Positions 28,885 to 37,800 are shown, counted from the stretch's first letter. The stretch: DNA of 64,000 nucleotides from Candidatus Aenigmatarchaeota archaeon (GCA_016198755.1 JACQIB010000002.1:32001-96000), one strand, 5' to 3'. Notes: generated by a model from the letters alone, not told the origin. Program-made: numbers and translations.

Positions 28885-31170
28885 ATGTTAAAAGAACCGC
28901 AGCCAGAGGGAGTGAAGCTAAAGGTAGGAGAATTGACAGGAAGGGAGGATTTTGGAAGGGGTATTGCTAGATTGGATGCTAATACAATGAAAGCCATAAG
29001 TGTAAAAGAAGGGGATGTTATTGAGATTAGAGGAAAGAGAACAACAGCAGCAATAGCTGTGCGTTCTTATCCGGCGGATGTGGGTCTGAATATTGTAAGG
29101 ATTGACGGGCTTGTAAGGAAGAATTGCGGAACTTCTATCGGGGAAGGTGTTATTGTTGTCAAGGCAAATGCAAAGGAAGCAAAGAAAATTGTTTTGGCTC
29201 CGGCTGAAAAAGGGTATATACTCAGGGTTTCCCCCAACCTTTTGAAGCAAAATCTTTTCATGAGACCAATGGTAAAGGGAGATCTTATAATTGCAAATCC
29301 AGTTTTCCGCAGCCGCAGGGGAGGAGGAGATGTTTTTGAACAGTTTTTTGGCGTTCCAATGGAGGAAGTTTTCCTTCCTTTAGGAACAGAAACAAGGTTG
29401 GCTGTTGTTAAAACAGTTCCTGAAGGAGCAGTGCAAATAACTGAAATGACAGAGCTTGAGCTTTTGCCGGAAGCAACAGAACTTGAGGAGGGGAAAGTCC
29501 AGACAGTAACATATGAGGATATTGGAGGACTAGGAGAGATTGTGCCAAAAATCCGCGAGATGATAGAAGTTCCATTGCGTCACCCTGAAGTTTTTGAGCG
29601 TTTAGGAGTAGAACCTCCAAAGGGGGTTTTGCTGCATGGTCCGCCTGGTTCAGGAAAAACTTTGCTTGCAAAAGCAGTTGCAAATGAATCCGGTGCCTAT
29701 TTTATTTCAGTTGCAGGCCCAGAACTGGTGAGCAAATGGTATGGTGGTTCTGAGGAGAATCTTAGGAAAGTATTTGAAGAGGCTGAAAAGAATGCACCCA
29801 CAATTATTTTCTTTGACGAGATTGATGCTATAGCCCCAAAGAGGGAGGAGGTTTCAGGGGAGGTTGAAAGGAGAATGGTTTCTCAGTTACTAACTTTAAT
29901 GGACGGTCTAAAAAGCAGGGGAAGAACAATAGTAATTGCAGCTACTAACAGGCCAAATAGCTTGGATCCAGCTCTGAGAAGGGGAGGGAGGTTTGACAGG
30001 GAACTGGAGATACCAGTGCCTGATAAAAAGGGCAGGAAAGAGATTTTGCAGATTCACACACGCCATATGCCTATGGATGGAGTGGATCTTGATAAATTAG
30101 CTGAGATAACATATGGTTATGTGGGGGCTGACGTTTCAGCTCTTGTAAAGGAAGCTGCAATGCATGCTTTGCGAAGGGTTTTACCAGAGGTTTCTGCCTT
30201 AAAGGAGGATGAAGCACTTCCAAAAGAATTGCTGGAAAAACTAAAAGTTACAAGTGAGGACTTTGAATTTGCAATGCGCATGGTTCAGCCTTCTGCGATG
30301 AGGGAAGTTCTAATAGAGATACCTAAAGTTAAATGGGCTGATGTTGGAGGATTGGAAAATGTAAAGGAACTTCTGAAGGAAGCTGTTGACTGGCCGCTTA
30401 AAAATGCGGATGCTTTCAAACGCATTGGGATAAAGCCGCCAAAGGGAATAATGCTTTATGGTCCGCCCGGATGCGGGAAAACATTTATTGTGAAAGCTCT
30501 TGCAAACGAAGCTGGTGCAAACTTTATTTCAGTAAAGGGTCCTGAATTGCTTTCCAAATGGGTTGGGGAAAGTGAACAGCATTTAAGGGATGTTTTCCGC
30601 AGAGCAAAACAAGTCGCTCCATGTATAATTTTCTTTGATGAAATAGATTCTCTAGCTCCAAGAAGGGGGTCTGATGCAGGGAATAGAGTAACAGAACAGG
30701 TTGTTTCCCAGCTGCTTACAGAAATGAATGGAATAGAGAACATGGAAGGTGTAATGGTTATAGCAGCCACAAACAGGCCGGATATTATTGATCCAGCACT
30801 CCTAAGGCCAGGGAGGTTTGACAGGTTAATTTATGTCCCTGCACCAGATGAAAAAACAAGGCTGGAAATTTTAAAGGTTCATACAAAATCAATGCCGCTT
30901 TCGAAAGATTTATCTATGGAGAAACTGGCAAAACAGACAGACGGATACTCAGGAGCGGATTTGGAGGCTGTTGTGAGAGAAGCCGGATTAAATGCTTTGA
31001 GGGAAAATATGAAAGCAAAGGAAATAACGAAAAAACACTTTGACGAATCTCTGAAGGAAATAAAACCATCAATAACAGAAGATATATTCATGAAATACCA
31101 GAAAATAGTTGAAGATGTAAAGAAAACAAAGCTGGAAGAACATGAAAAATCAAGCAGATATATAGGGTGA
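28885..31170 (+). CDS. cdc48: CDC48/VCP family AAA+ ATPase
   Basis: N-domain plus two AAA modules ([14 protein letters not shown] and [14 protein letters not shown]), second-region-of-homology motifs [10 protein letters not shown] and [10 protein letters not shown]. Confidence 0.97.
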   Translation: MLKEPQPEGVKLKVGELTGREDFGRGIARLDANTMKAISVKEGDVIEIRGKRTTAAIAVRSYPADVGLNIVRIDGLVRKNCGTSIGEGVIVVKANAKEAKKIVLAPAEKGYILRVSPNLLKQNLFMRPMVKGDLIIANPVFRSRRGGGDVFEQFFGVPMEEVFLPLGTETRLAVVKTVPEGAVQITEMTELELLPEATELEEGKVQTVTYEDIGGLGEIVPKIREMIEVPLRHPEVFERLGVEPPKGVLLHGPPGSGKTLLAKAVANESGAYFISVAGPELVSKWYGGSEENLRKVFEEAEKNAPTIIFFDEIDAIAPKREEVSGEVERRMVSQLLTLMDGLKSRGRTIVIAATNRPNSLDPALRRGGRFDRELEIPVPDKKGRKEILQIHTRHMPMDGVDLDKLAEITYGYVGADVSALVKEAAMHALRRVLPEVSALKEDEALPKELLEKLKVTSEDFEFAMRMVQPSAMREVLIEIPKVKWADVGGLENVKELLKEAVDWPLKNADAFKRIGIKPPKGIMLYGPPGCGKTFIVKALANEAGANFISVKGPELLSKWVGESEQHLRDVFRRAKQVAPCIIFFDEIDSLAPRRGSDAGNRVTEQVVSQLLTEMNGIENMEGVMVIAATNRPDIIDPALLRPGRFDRLIYVPAPDEKTRLEILKVHTKSMPLSKDLSMEKLAKQTDGYSGADLEAVVREAGLNALRENMKAKEITKKHFDESLKEIKPSITEDIFMKYQKIVEDVKKTKLEEHEKSSRYIG

Positions 31171-31175
31171 TAAAA

Positions 31176-31520
31176 ATGGTAGAAAAAAGAATTAACGTAA
31201 GTATAGACCACACAGATCCAACATTTTTTTGTGACAGGGTAGTTGTTTCCCATAGTCCCACAAAATTTATACTGGATTTTACTCAAACAAGCCCAAGGTT
31301 CGATTTCAACGGTGAAAACCTTCAGGAAGCACTGGTTGTAAAACACAGGACCATAATGCTGGATCCCATGGTTGCTAAAGATTTTCTAAATGCTTTACAT
31401 GAAAATGTAGCAAAATTCGAGAAAGCTTTTAAGAAAATAGAAGTTCCAAAACAAAAGAAACATTCACATCCAATAAAGGAATTTCAGAGGCCAACAGAAC
31501 CCAGCAAATATATAGGATAA
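31176..31520 (+). CDS. DUF3467-like protein
   Basis: VVSHSPTKFILDF...IMLDPMVAKDFLNALHENVAKFEKAF pattern matches my recollection of DUF3467. GGTGA RBS overlaps the cdc48 stop. Confidence 0.7.
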   Translation: MVEKRINVSIDHTDPTFFCDRVVVSHSPTKFILDFTQTSPRFDFNGENLQEALVVKHRTIMLDPMVAKDFLNALHENVAKFEKAFKKIEVPKQKKHSHPIKEFQRPTEPSKYIG

Positions 31521-31523
31521 AAA

Positions 31524-31742
31524 TCAGGCAGCTTTTCTTGCGAGGAGCACATCCTCGCGTTTAATTGTTTTCCTACCGGCGTGCATTGCATACTTTAAGG
31601 AATCTTTTGCAACTTCCAGCCCCCTTTCCATTAGAATCTCTGAAAGGGCGCGTGCTGCACTATCAGAAACTCTCTGTGCTCCGGCCTGCTTGAAAATATC
31701 AACCATTGGAGCTGCTGCAATAATACTCCTCTTCCTTGGCAT
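31524..31742 (-). CDS. Archaeal histone (HMf/HTk nucleosomal type)
   Basis: AAPMVDIFKQAGAQRVSDSA...AMHAGRKTIKREDV histone fold with RKTxxxxD clamp and HAGR. 72 aa. Confidence 0.92.
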   Translation of the reverse strand: MPRKRSIIAAAPMVDIFKQAGAQRVSDSAARALSEILMERGLEVAKDSLKYAMHAGRKTIKREDVLLARKAA

Positions 31743-31791
31743 AACAAATAGTTTCTCAGGCTTGTATATAAACATTTGCTGCGCTCGTTAG

Positions 31792-32688
31792 TCAGAGCAA
31801 AGTTGTAACAAAAGGTTTCTCACCCACAATTATAGTGTGTTCAAACTGAGCAACCATTCCATTTCCTGTTTCTTTCAGTATCTTGTACGGATAAACTGAA
31901 ACAATAGATGAGAGCTCTTTCAGTGCAAGCTCTGTTTTAACAGAGCCAAATAGCTTCTGAAGCCAGCGTTTTGCAAACGGTAACCTTGCAAAGTCTGTTT
32001 TTCCAAGTTCCATTATTTTTCTGGCTTCCATTGTTCTGACAGGCCTGTCCATTATCCAGCGGAATATTGTTGCAGGATCCACTTCCTTAACCATACCAGC
32101 CCCATTTGTGCAAAAAGGCTCACAAGCATAAACTTTTCCATCATCTATAACACCAGCAGAATTAGTCTTAACATTCTGTATCATAACACCAGCGTGCAGA
32201 TTATACCTTTCAACACCATGCCCAGTCAGGTTTCTAATTGATTTGAACCCAAATTCTTTTGCAACCCCTTCTATTGTCTCTCCAATATCAGCTATCTGAG
32301 TTCCCGGTGTAAACATAGGCAGAGCTGAGGAAAGCATCTTTTTTGCACATACTATTAGTTCATCCTCCCCAGCAGGTCTGACCGTAATGGCAGCATCAGC
32401 TATAAACCCGTCTACATGAGCACCTATATCCAGCTTTACATAATCCGTTTCTTTAACAAAAATCCCATCTCCAACTAATGGACTGTAGTGAGCTGCAATT
32501 TCATTTATGGAAATATTTGCCGGAAAAGCAGGCTTCCCACCCATTTCCACCATTTTTTTCTCCACAGCTTCAGCAATATCAAAAATCATAGCACCTTCCT
32601 TTATCATACCCTTTCCCAATTTCAGAGCTTCAGCAGTTATTCTTCCGGCTTTCTTTAATTTTTCTATCTCTTCAGGCAGCAACACCAT
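31792..32688 (-). CDS. map: Methionine aminopeptidase type II
   Basis: PAFPANIS, AAHYSP, KLDIGAHVDGFIADAA, LTGH, LHAG, CEPF, AQFEHT. Confidence 0.95.
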   Translation of the reverse strand: MVLLPEEIEKLKKAGRITAEALKLGKGMIKEGAMIFDIAEAVEKKMVEMGGKPAFPANISINEIAAHYSPLVGDGIFVKETDYVKLDIGAHVDGFIADAAITVRPAGEDELIVCAKKMLSSALPMFTPGTQIADIGETIEGVAKEFGFKSIRNLTGHGVERYNLHAGVMIQNVKTNSAGVIDDGKVYACEPFCTNGAGMVKEVDPATIFRWIMDRPVRTMEARKIMELGKTDFARLPFAKRWLQKLFGSVKTELALKELSSIVSVYPYKILKETGNGMVAQFEHTIIVGEKPFVTTLL

Positions 32689-32742
32689 AAGCAGAGAATA
32701 CAAGAGAGCGGCTATAAATAGGATTATTAACAGAATGAATTC

Positions 32743-33978
32743 ATGGAAAAAGCAAAAACAGACAAATACCCAAGAATAATACTTGATCCCGTTCACGGAT
32801 TCATAGAACTCTCTCCTCTACAAGATGAGCTTTTAGCCCAGCCAGAACTGCAGAGAATGAGATGGGTAAAACAGCTGGGCCTTATAGATCTTATTTTTCC
32901 AGGTGCTCATCATTCAAGAATAGAGCATTGTTTAGGATCCTCTTTCGTTGCCACTAAAATAGCAGAACATCTAAAACTGCCTGAAAAAGAAAGGGAGCTT
33001 GTGCAGGCAGCGGGTATTTTACATGATATAGGGCATACACCCTTCTCCCATGTTCTGGAGCCAGTTCTCCCTAAAGACAGCATGGAGACTACAAGAGACA
33101 TGATAGAAGGAAGAACAGAAATCCCCCTGCCAAATGCAGGACATATACCAGAGATATTGAAAAGGCATGGTATAAACCCGAAAGATGTTTCAGACCTTAT
33201 CTGCCATGCCTATAAAGGCAAAAAATATCTGCAGCAGATAATTTTCAGTGAAATAGACTGCGATCAAATAGACTATCTTGCCCGCGATTCTTACTATACT
33301 GGCTCAACTCATGGCCAGATACATGTGCAAAGATTACTCTCTATAATGAGGCTGGTTGATAATGAAATCTGCTTTGTGGAAAAGGGGCTGACAGAAATTG
33401 AAGAATTCCTCGTTGGAAGGGAGCATATGTACACTTCTATCTACCTGCACCATACAGGCAATGCAGCAGCAAAAATGTTGCTCCGTGCTTTTGAAAGCCT
33501 GAAAGACAAAATACCCAACTTCCTTTATATGACAGATGCAGAGGTCATAGCTTCTCTGCTCAACGGAACAAAATACACACGTGACATTATGCAGAGGATC
33601 CTTTATAGGAGGCTGTTTAAACGGGCATTCGAGATAAGCTCAAGAAAGTTTACAAAAGCAGATATAGAACTTGTTAAAAAGGCTTCAAAAATAGGGGAAA
33701 AGAAGCTAGAAGCTGAGCTTACAAAGAAAGCAGGCATACCAGAAGGCTATTTGTTTGTACATTTGCCTGCAAATGCACTCTCCCTATCAGAGCCAAGAAT
33801 GAAGAATTTTAATATAAAATTTGTCAGAAAAGACAATTCATCCATAAATGTTACAGAGATATCCACACTTGTGCAGGCATTAGCAAACCGTGTTACTCCA
33901 AAAGAACTTTTTGCTGTCTATACACCTTTAGAATACAGGGAAAAAGCAGCTTCATCAGCACGTGCATTTTTCGCCTAA
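32743..33978 (+). CDS. HD-domain phosphohydrolase (SAMHD1/dNTP triphosphohydrolase-like)
   Basis: DPVHG, LQRMRWVKQLG, HSRIEHCLG, LHDIGHTPFSH, DCDQIDYLARD, IYLHH. Confidence 0.88.
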   Translation: MEKAKTDKYPRIILDPVHGFIELSPLQDELLAQPELQRMRWVKQLGLIDLIFPGAHHSRIEHCLGSSFVATKIAEHLKLPEKERELVQAAGILHDIGHTPFSHVLEPVLPKDSMETTRDMIEGRTEIPLPNAGHIPEILKRHGINPKDVSDLICHAYKGKKYLQQIIFSEIDCDQIDYLARDSYYTGSTHGQIHVQRLLSIMRLVDNEICFVEKGLTEIEEFLVGREHMYTSIYLHHTGNAAAKMLLRAFESLKDKIPNFLYMTDAEVIASLLNGTKYTRDIMQRILYRRLFKRAFEISSRKFTKADIELVKKASKIGEKKLEAELTKKAGIPEGYLFVHLPANALSLSEPRMKNFNIKFVRKDNSSINVTEISTLVQALANRVTPKELFAVYTPLEYREKAASSARAFFA

Positions 33979-34388
33979 GAAATCTTTAAAATAGTTAAAC
34001 TTTTCGTGCCTTCAATCCCCTCTATTCCCCTAATCTTTTCTATAATATTGTTGAAGCTTTCAGCACTGTCAGTTGAAATTTCTGTGACCACATCAGTTTC
34101 TCCAGCTGTCTCAAAAACCCTCTTTACTCCAGCAATTCCTAAAATCTTTTTAACAACCCCGTCTGTCTGAACTTTTGGCACCGTATTAATCAAAACCAGT
34201 GCAGAAAAGCCAGCTGAAGTGGATAGTTCAACGGTAAATCTCTTTATTACCCCAATCTTCCTCAGCTTTTCAATTCTCTGCCTGACAGTAGCTTCAGAAA
34301 CCTCCAGTTTCTTTCCAATATCAGAATTGGTCTGCCAAGCATCCTTCTCCAGTTCCCTAAGTATTTTCTGATTAAGTTTCTCTACCAT
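33975..34388 (-). CDS. Lrp/AsnC family transcriptional regulator
   Basis: N-terminal HTH (IGKKLEVSEATVRQRIEKL..GVI) plus C-terminal RAM domain (TAGETD). Confidence 0.9.
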   Translation of the reverse strand: MVEKLNQKILRELEKDAWQTNSDIGKKLEVSEATVRQRIEKLRKIGVIKRFTVELSTSAGFSALVLINTVPKVQTDGVVKKILGIAGVKRVFETAGETDVVTEISTDSAESFNNIIEKIRGIEGIEGTKSLTILKIS

Positions 34389-34511
34389 ATTCGTATTTAG
34401 TATACCTTTTTATTTATAAACTTAACTATTTTCTTTTATTTTACACCAAAAATCAACTGAAAACTTATGCTTAAATAAGTTACTCCACACTTCTTGAAAG
34501 GTGATTTAAAA

Positions 34512-34976
34512 ATGGATTGTGGTAGCATAGGTCCGGATTCTTCTTCTAGCAGCGATTTTCCTACTTTAGTGGCAACTTCTGGAAGAGAAACGAGGATCCC
34601 TCGATATAATGGCAAGCCAAAAGGACCAGTAATTTATGGAGAAGAAGTAGGAAAAGAACCTTTCAATAGAGATGCTTTCTATGGTATCCGCGGCAGGGGA
34701 GGTTATGGTGTGGTTGTAGTGGCAGGTGGATTCATAGAGGCGATGGCTGAAGGATGCGGTTTAAGTCCCGATGATACTATGCAGAGAATTATGAGAGACG
34801 TAGGAAAGGTTAATCTGGGTGTTGTAGAATATTCACCAGTTGGAACTCCTATGCTAAATGGGAGGCGAACCAGAGAGAGAATAACACTCAAACTTCATGG
34901 TATGGATAGAAAAATGGTTGTAGCAAGAGTTGTACCGGACTATCTGCCTATGTCTGGAGACGGCGGAGTAATGTAA
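34512..34976 (+). CDS. Orphan hypothetical protein
   Basis: AGGTGA RBS before ATG 34512 and TTAAATA upstream. No recognisable motif. Confidence 0.55.
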   Translation: MDCGSIGPDSSSSSDFPTLVATSGRETRIPRYNGKPKGPVIYGEEVGKEPFNRDAFYGIRGRGGYGVVVVAGGFIEAMAEGCGLSPDDTMQRIMRDVGKVNLGVVEYSPVGTPMLNGRRTRERITLKLHGMDRKMVVARVVPDYLPMSGDGGVM

Positions 34977-34984
34977 TTCTAAAC

Positions 34985-35109
34985 TGGTGCGGGGGGAGAG
35001 ATTCGAACTCTCGTACGGACTAACCGACCAGATGCCTATATCATCTTAGTTATCAAAACTCAAGAGATTCTTGAGTCTGGCGCCTTTGACCTGGCTGGGC
35101 TACCCCCGC
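34985..35109 (-). tRNA. tRNA-Leu(CAA) with 36-nt intron at 37/38 (35034-35069), encoded CCA
   Basis: GCGGGGG/CCCCCGC acceptor, CCAGA-CT-CAA-G^A-TCTGG anticodon arm after intron removal, long variable arm, GTTCGAATC T-loop. Confidence 0.92.
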
Positions 35110-35150
35110 ATCCAAGAATTGTAAGGAGAGAGTTAAAAACCTTCTTTTAG

Positions 35151-35179
35151 CAAAGAAAAAAGTTAGGGGCACGGGCCCC
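35151..35179 (-). terminator. GC hairpin plus U-tract downstream of small histone gene
   Basis: Minus strand GGGGC-CCGT-GCCCC followed by TAACTTTTTTCTTT, 7 nt after the stop codon. Confidence 0.55.
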
Positions 35180-35186
35180 AAACCAC

Positions 35187-35354
35187 TTAAATATCAGCTG
35201 GTCTTATTGTAGCGCGTCCATTGGCTTTTGCCCTTGAACCCGCATCTTTAACTATTTCTGTAACTTTCTTGTCCAGTGCAGCAAAGAAGTCGCCAGAAAA
35301 TCTCCAGCCTTTGCCAACTTGTTTTACCTTTGACCTTACTACTAAAGAGCCCAT
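35187..35354 (-). CDS. Short non-nucleosomal histone-fold protein (face-to-face / DUF1931-related type), 55 aa, absent from ORF track
   Basis: Translated by hand: MGSLVVRSKVKQVGKGWRFSGDFFAALDKKVTEIVKDAGSRAKANGRATIRPADI. RxTxxxxD clamp, strong GAGGTGA RBS, terminator downstream. Confidence 0.88.
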   Translation of the reverse strand: MGSLVVRSKVKQVGKGWRFSGDFFAALDKKVTEIVKDAGSRAKANGRATIRPADI

Positions 35355-35514
35355 CTAATCACCTCATTTTTTACAGTGCATTTGTTTATTTTGGAACCGC
35401 TTTTTGATTTGGAATATCAAAGTGCGAATTCCTTCGTATTTTAACGTTTACAGCCTATTTAAAGGCTTCTATACTATGGTTCTATTTGGCTTTAAACCCA
35501 GAAAAAGAGAGGAA

Positions 35515-36240
35515 TTAGGCTTTTGCAAGTTCAGCATCAATTGCAGCCTTGAATGCTGCATATGGCTGTGCACCAACTATTGGCTTTCCATTTACGAAAA
35601 TTGTAGGTGTTCCTGTAACACCAGCAGTGTCCCCATCTGAGGCATCTTTCTCAACCTGATTCTTTTTTGTTCCAGAATCCAGGCAAGAGTTGAATGTTGC
35701 AGTATTCAATCCCATATCAGCAGCATATTTCTTCAGGTCATCTACACCAAGTTTATCCTGATTTTTAAACAAGACATCATGATATTCCCAGAACTTTCCC
35801 TGATCCTGTGCACATGCTGCAGCTTCAGAAGCTTTCTGTGCATATGGATGTATCTGTGTTAATGGGAAGTGCTTGAAAAATAGTTTTACTTTCCCTGTAT
35901 CAACATAATCCTTTTCTATTTTCACTAAAGCATCTGATGTAAATCTCTCACAGAATGGGCACTGGAAATCCTCGAAAATAACCAATGAAACTTTTGCGTT
36001 CTGGTCTCCTTTCAAAGCTGCCCCTGAAGTATCTAGCTGAACTGGACCCAGTGTTGTAGTTGGATATTGAGGCAGTGTACCTCCAGTATTCCCCAAAACA
36101 TTGCCAGTTGCACCAGCAGCAGCGCTTGAACCTGAAAAATAGGATCCTGAGAAGAATCCCATAACAAATACAACAGCAAGAGCAGCTACAACAACAAGAT
36201 GCTGCTTTTTTACTGTGAAAGTAACCATATCATCTTCCAT
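35515..36240 (-). CDS. Membrane-anchored DsbA-family (thioredoxin-fold) protein
   Basis: FEDFQCPFC, KHFPL, HPYA, GKFWEYHD, GVTGTPT, GAQPY, and an N-terminal TM helix. Confidence 0.92.
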   Translation of the reverse strand: MEDDMVTFTVKKQHLVVVAALAVVFVMGFFSGSYFSGSSAAAGATGNVLGNTGGTLPQYPTTTLGPVQLDTSGAALKGDQNAKVSLVIFEDFQCPFCERFTSDALVKIEKDYVDTGKVKLFFKHFPLTQIHPYAQKASEAAACAQDQGKFWEYHDVLFKNQDKLGVDDLKKYAADMGLNTATFNSCLDSGTKKNQVEKDASDGDTAGVTGTPTIFVNGKPIVGAQPYAAFKAAIDAELAKA

Positions 36241-36330
36241 TAAATTCACATCCTTTACTTAATTAGTAACCTATTTAAACCTGCTGGTTTTTCTTTGTAA
36301 GGTTAATAAATCGCCAACTCCACTAGTAAT

Positions 36331-36939
36331 ATGGTAAAAAAACAGGAAAATTCATTTTCAAAAGATAAAATAATGAATATAGCGCTTCCAATATTGCTGT
36401 GGGGAGTTGTTACAGCAGCCTATGCTTTCAGAAGGCCTCTGGAAATGCTTCTCTTTTCAATTGATCCGTATGTCCTGCTTCTTGTTTGTATTCCAGTAGC
36501 ACTTCTCTTGCTCAAAAAAGTCAGTTTTTCTGAAATCGGACTTAAACTTGGAAAACCAATATACGGTATTCCACTTGCCCTTTTCCTGCCTGCCATATTG
36601 TTCATAAGATTCTTTTTTATGGGAAAATCTTTTGTTTTAACAGGTGATATTTTGCCGCTTATAATAAGTTCAGTAGCAGAAGAGGTTTTTTTCAGGGGTT
36701 ATTTACAAAGCCAGTTTGATAAATCCTTTAATGGCAACATTGGACTAAGTTTTGTTCTGACAAACTTGCTATTTGCCTTTGTACATTTAATAAAGGGTTA
36801 CAATATTTTGGGAGTATTATCAGTAGGAGCAGTTGGGCTTTATTTTAGCTTTGTAAAAGACAAGAAAGGCGGGGATTCACTTGGATATTCAGCAGCAGCT
36901 CATAGCCTCTATAACATAGTGAATATTTCGCTTAGGTAG
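36331..36939 (+). CDS. CPBP (CAAX/Abi) family intramembrane metalloprotease
   Basis: AEEVFFRG, LFAFVH, AAHSLYN motifs. Confidence 0.88.
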   Translation: MVKKQENSFSKDKIMNIALPILLWGVVTAAYAFRRPLEMLLFSIDPYVLLLVCIPVALLLLKKVSFSEIGLKLGKPIYGIPLALFLPAILFIRFFFMGKSFVLTGDILPLIISSVAEEVFFRGYLQSQFDKSFNGNIGLSFVLTNLLFAFVHLIKGYNILGVLSVGAVGLYFSFVKDKKGGDSLGYSAAAHSLYNIVNISLR

Positions 36940-37001
36940 ATAACGATCAAAGTTTCATAAGGTTTTTAAGCTTTAGGTGGGTAAATTTTTACAGGAAAAG
37001 G

Positions 37002-37307
37002 GTGATAAAAATCAGCGGGAATCAATCGATATTGGGGCAGATTTTTGGCAAAAAATGGATAGTTACTATACTATGTTCTCTGAAAGCAGGGGAAAAAAGG
37101 TTCAACCAACTGTTTTCTGAAATAAACGGAGTCAGCACAAAAACTCTTTCAGAACGCTTATCAGAGCTTGTAAGAATGGGTATTGTTGAAAGGAAGAGTT
37201 TTAGGGAAACACCTCCGCATGTTGAGTATTCTTTAACAGAAAAAGGAAAGGAACTTGTAACCAGTTTTAGTATAATAGAAGATATTGTATCAAAATGGAA
37301 TTCCTAG
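37002..37307 (+). CDS. HxlR/DUF24 family winged-helix regulator
   Basis: GKKW..IL..L..GEKRFNQL...STKTLSERLSEL...PPHVEYSLTEKG. Confidence 0.92.
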   Translation: MIKISGNQSILGQIFGKKWIVTILCSLKAGEKRFNQLFSEINGVSTKTLSERLSELVRMGIVERKSFRETPPHVEYSLTEKGKELVTSFSIIEDIVSKWNS

Positions 37308-37612
37308 AGCTCAACAAAAACCTGTTCCCCCTCAACCTTTACTTTATGCGTTGTCAATGAACGAGTAGCCGGCGGTGTTAAAACAGCTCCAGTTTCTATA
37401 TCAAACTGCGCTCCATGCAAAGGGCACATTATACACTTCTCTTCCAAATATCCTTCTTCCAAAGGTCCGCCAGCATGTGTGCATATAGAATCGCAGGAAA
37501 AGAATTTCCCGCCAGATTTTGCAATAAAAATTCTCTTTCCCTTCAGCGTAAACCCTTTTATTTCCCCTTCCTGGCAATCATTCTCTTTACAAACCTGAAC
37601 GAATTCTCCCAT
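37304..37612 (-). CDS. Rieske-type [2Fe-2S] ferredoxin
   Basis: CTHAGGPL and CPLHGAQFDIETG Rieske boxes, PPA motif. Confidence 0.93.
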   Translation of the reverse strand: MGEFVQVCKENDCQEGEIKGFTLKGKRIFIAKSGGKFFSCDSICTHAGGPLEEGYLEEKCIMCPLHGAQFDIETGAVLTPPATRSLTTHKVKVEGEQVFVEL

Positions 37613-37625
37613 TAAATCACAACAC

Positions 37626-37642
37626 GTATAACAGTGTTATAC
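37626..37642. promoter_or_regulatory. Perfect palindromic operator between TATA box and start of the Rieske gene
   Basis: GTATAAC-AGT-GTTATAC, immediately downstream (minus strand) of TTTTATAA at 37643-37650. Confidence 0.65.
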
Positions 37643-37662
37643 TTATAAAAAGCTTTCAGAAC

Positions 37663-37800
37663 TGGTGCCCCCAATGGGATTTGAACCCATGTCCGAAGCT
37701 TTCCTCTCACAGCTTTTGGCTCGATTCCTTCGCAGCGAGCGAAGGGCTTCTATCCTTTTCCGTGTGCGCTTGCGCGCTGACCGGACTAGACGATGGGGGC
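37663..37800 (-). tRNA. tRNA-Glu(TTC) with two introns (D-loop 37758-37778, 21 nt; 37/38 37701-37739, 39 nt), C at position 33
   Basis: GCCCCCA/TGGGGGC acceptor plus ACCA. Spliced D-loop AGTCCGGTCAA, GAAGC/GCTTC anticodon stem, ATGGG-TTCAAAT-CCCAT T-arm. Strict BHB around the second intron. Confidence 0.85.

Noticed and set aside
32689-32796. Hydrophobic N-terminal extension on MetAP suggesting a membrane anchor
   Set aside because: It spans the divergent promoter and the start of the HD gene. Homology begins at MVLLPEE (32688).
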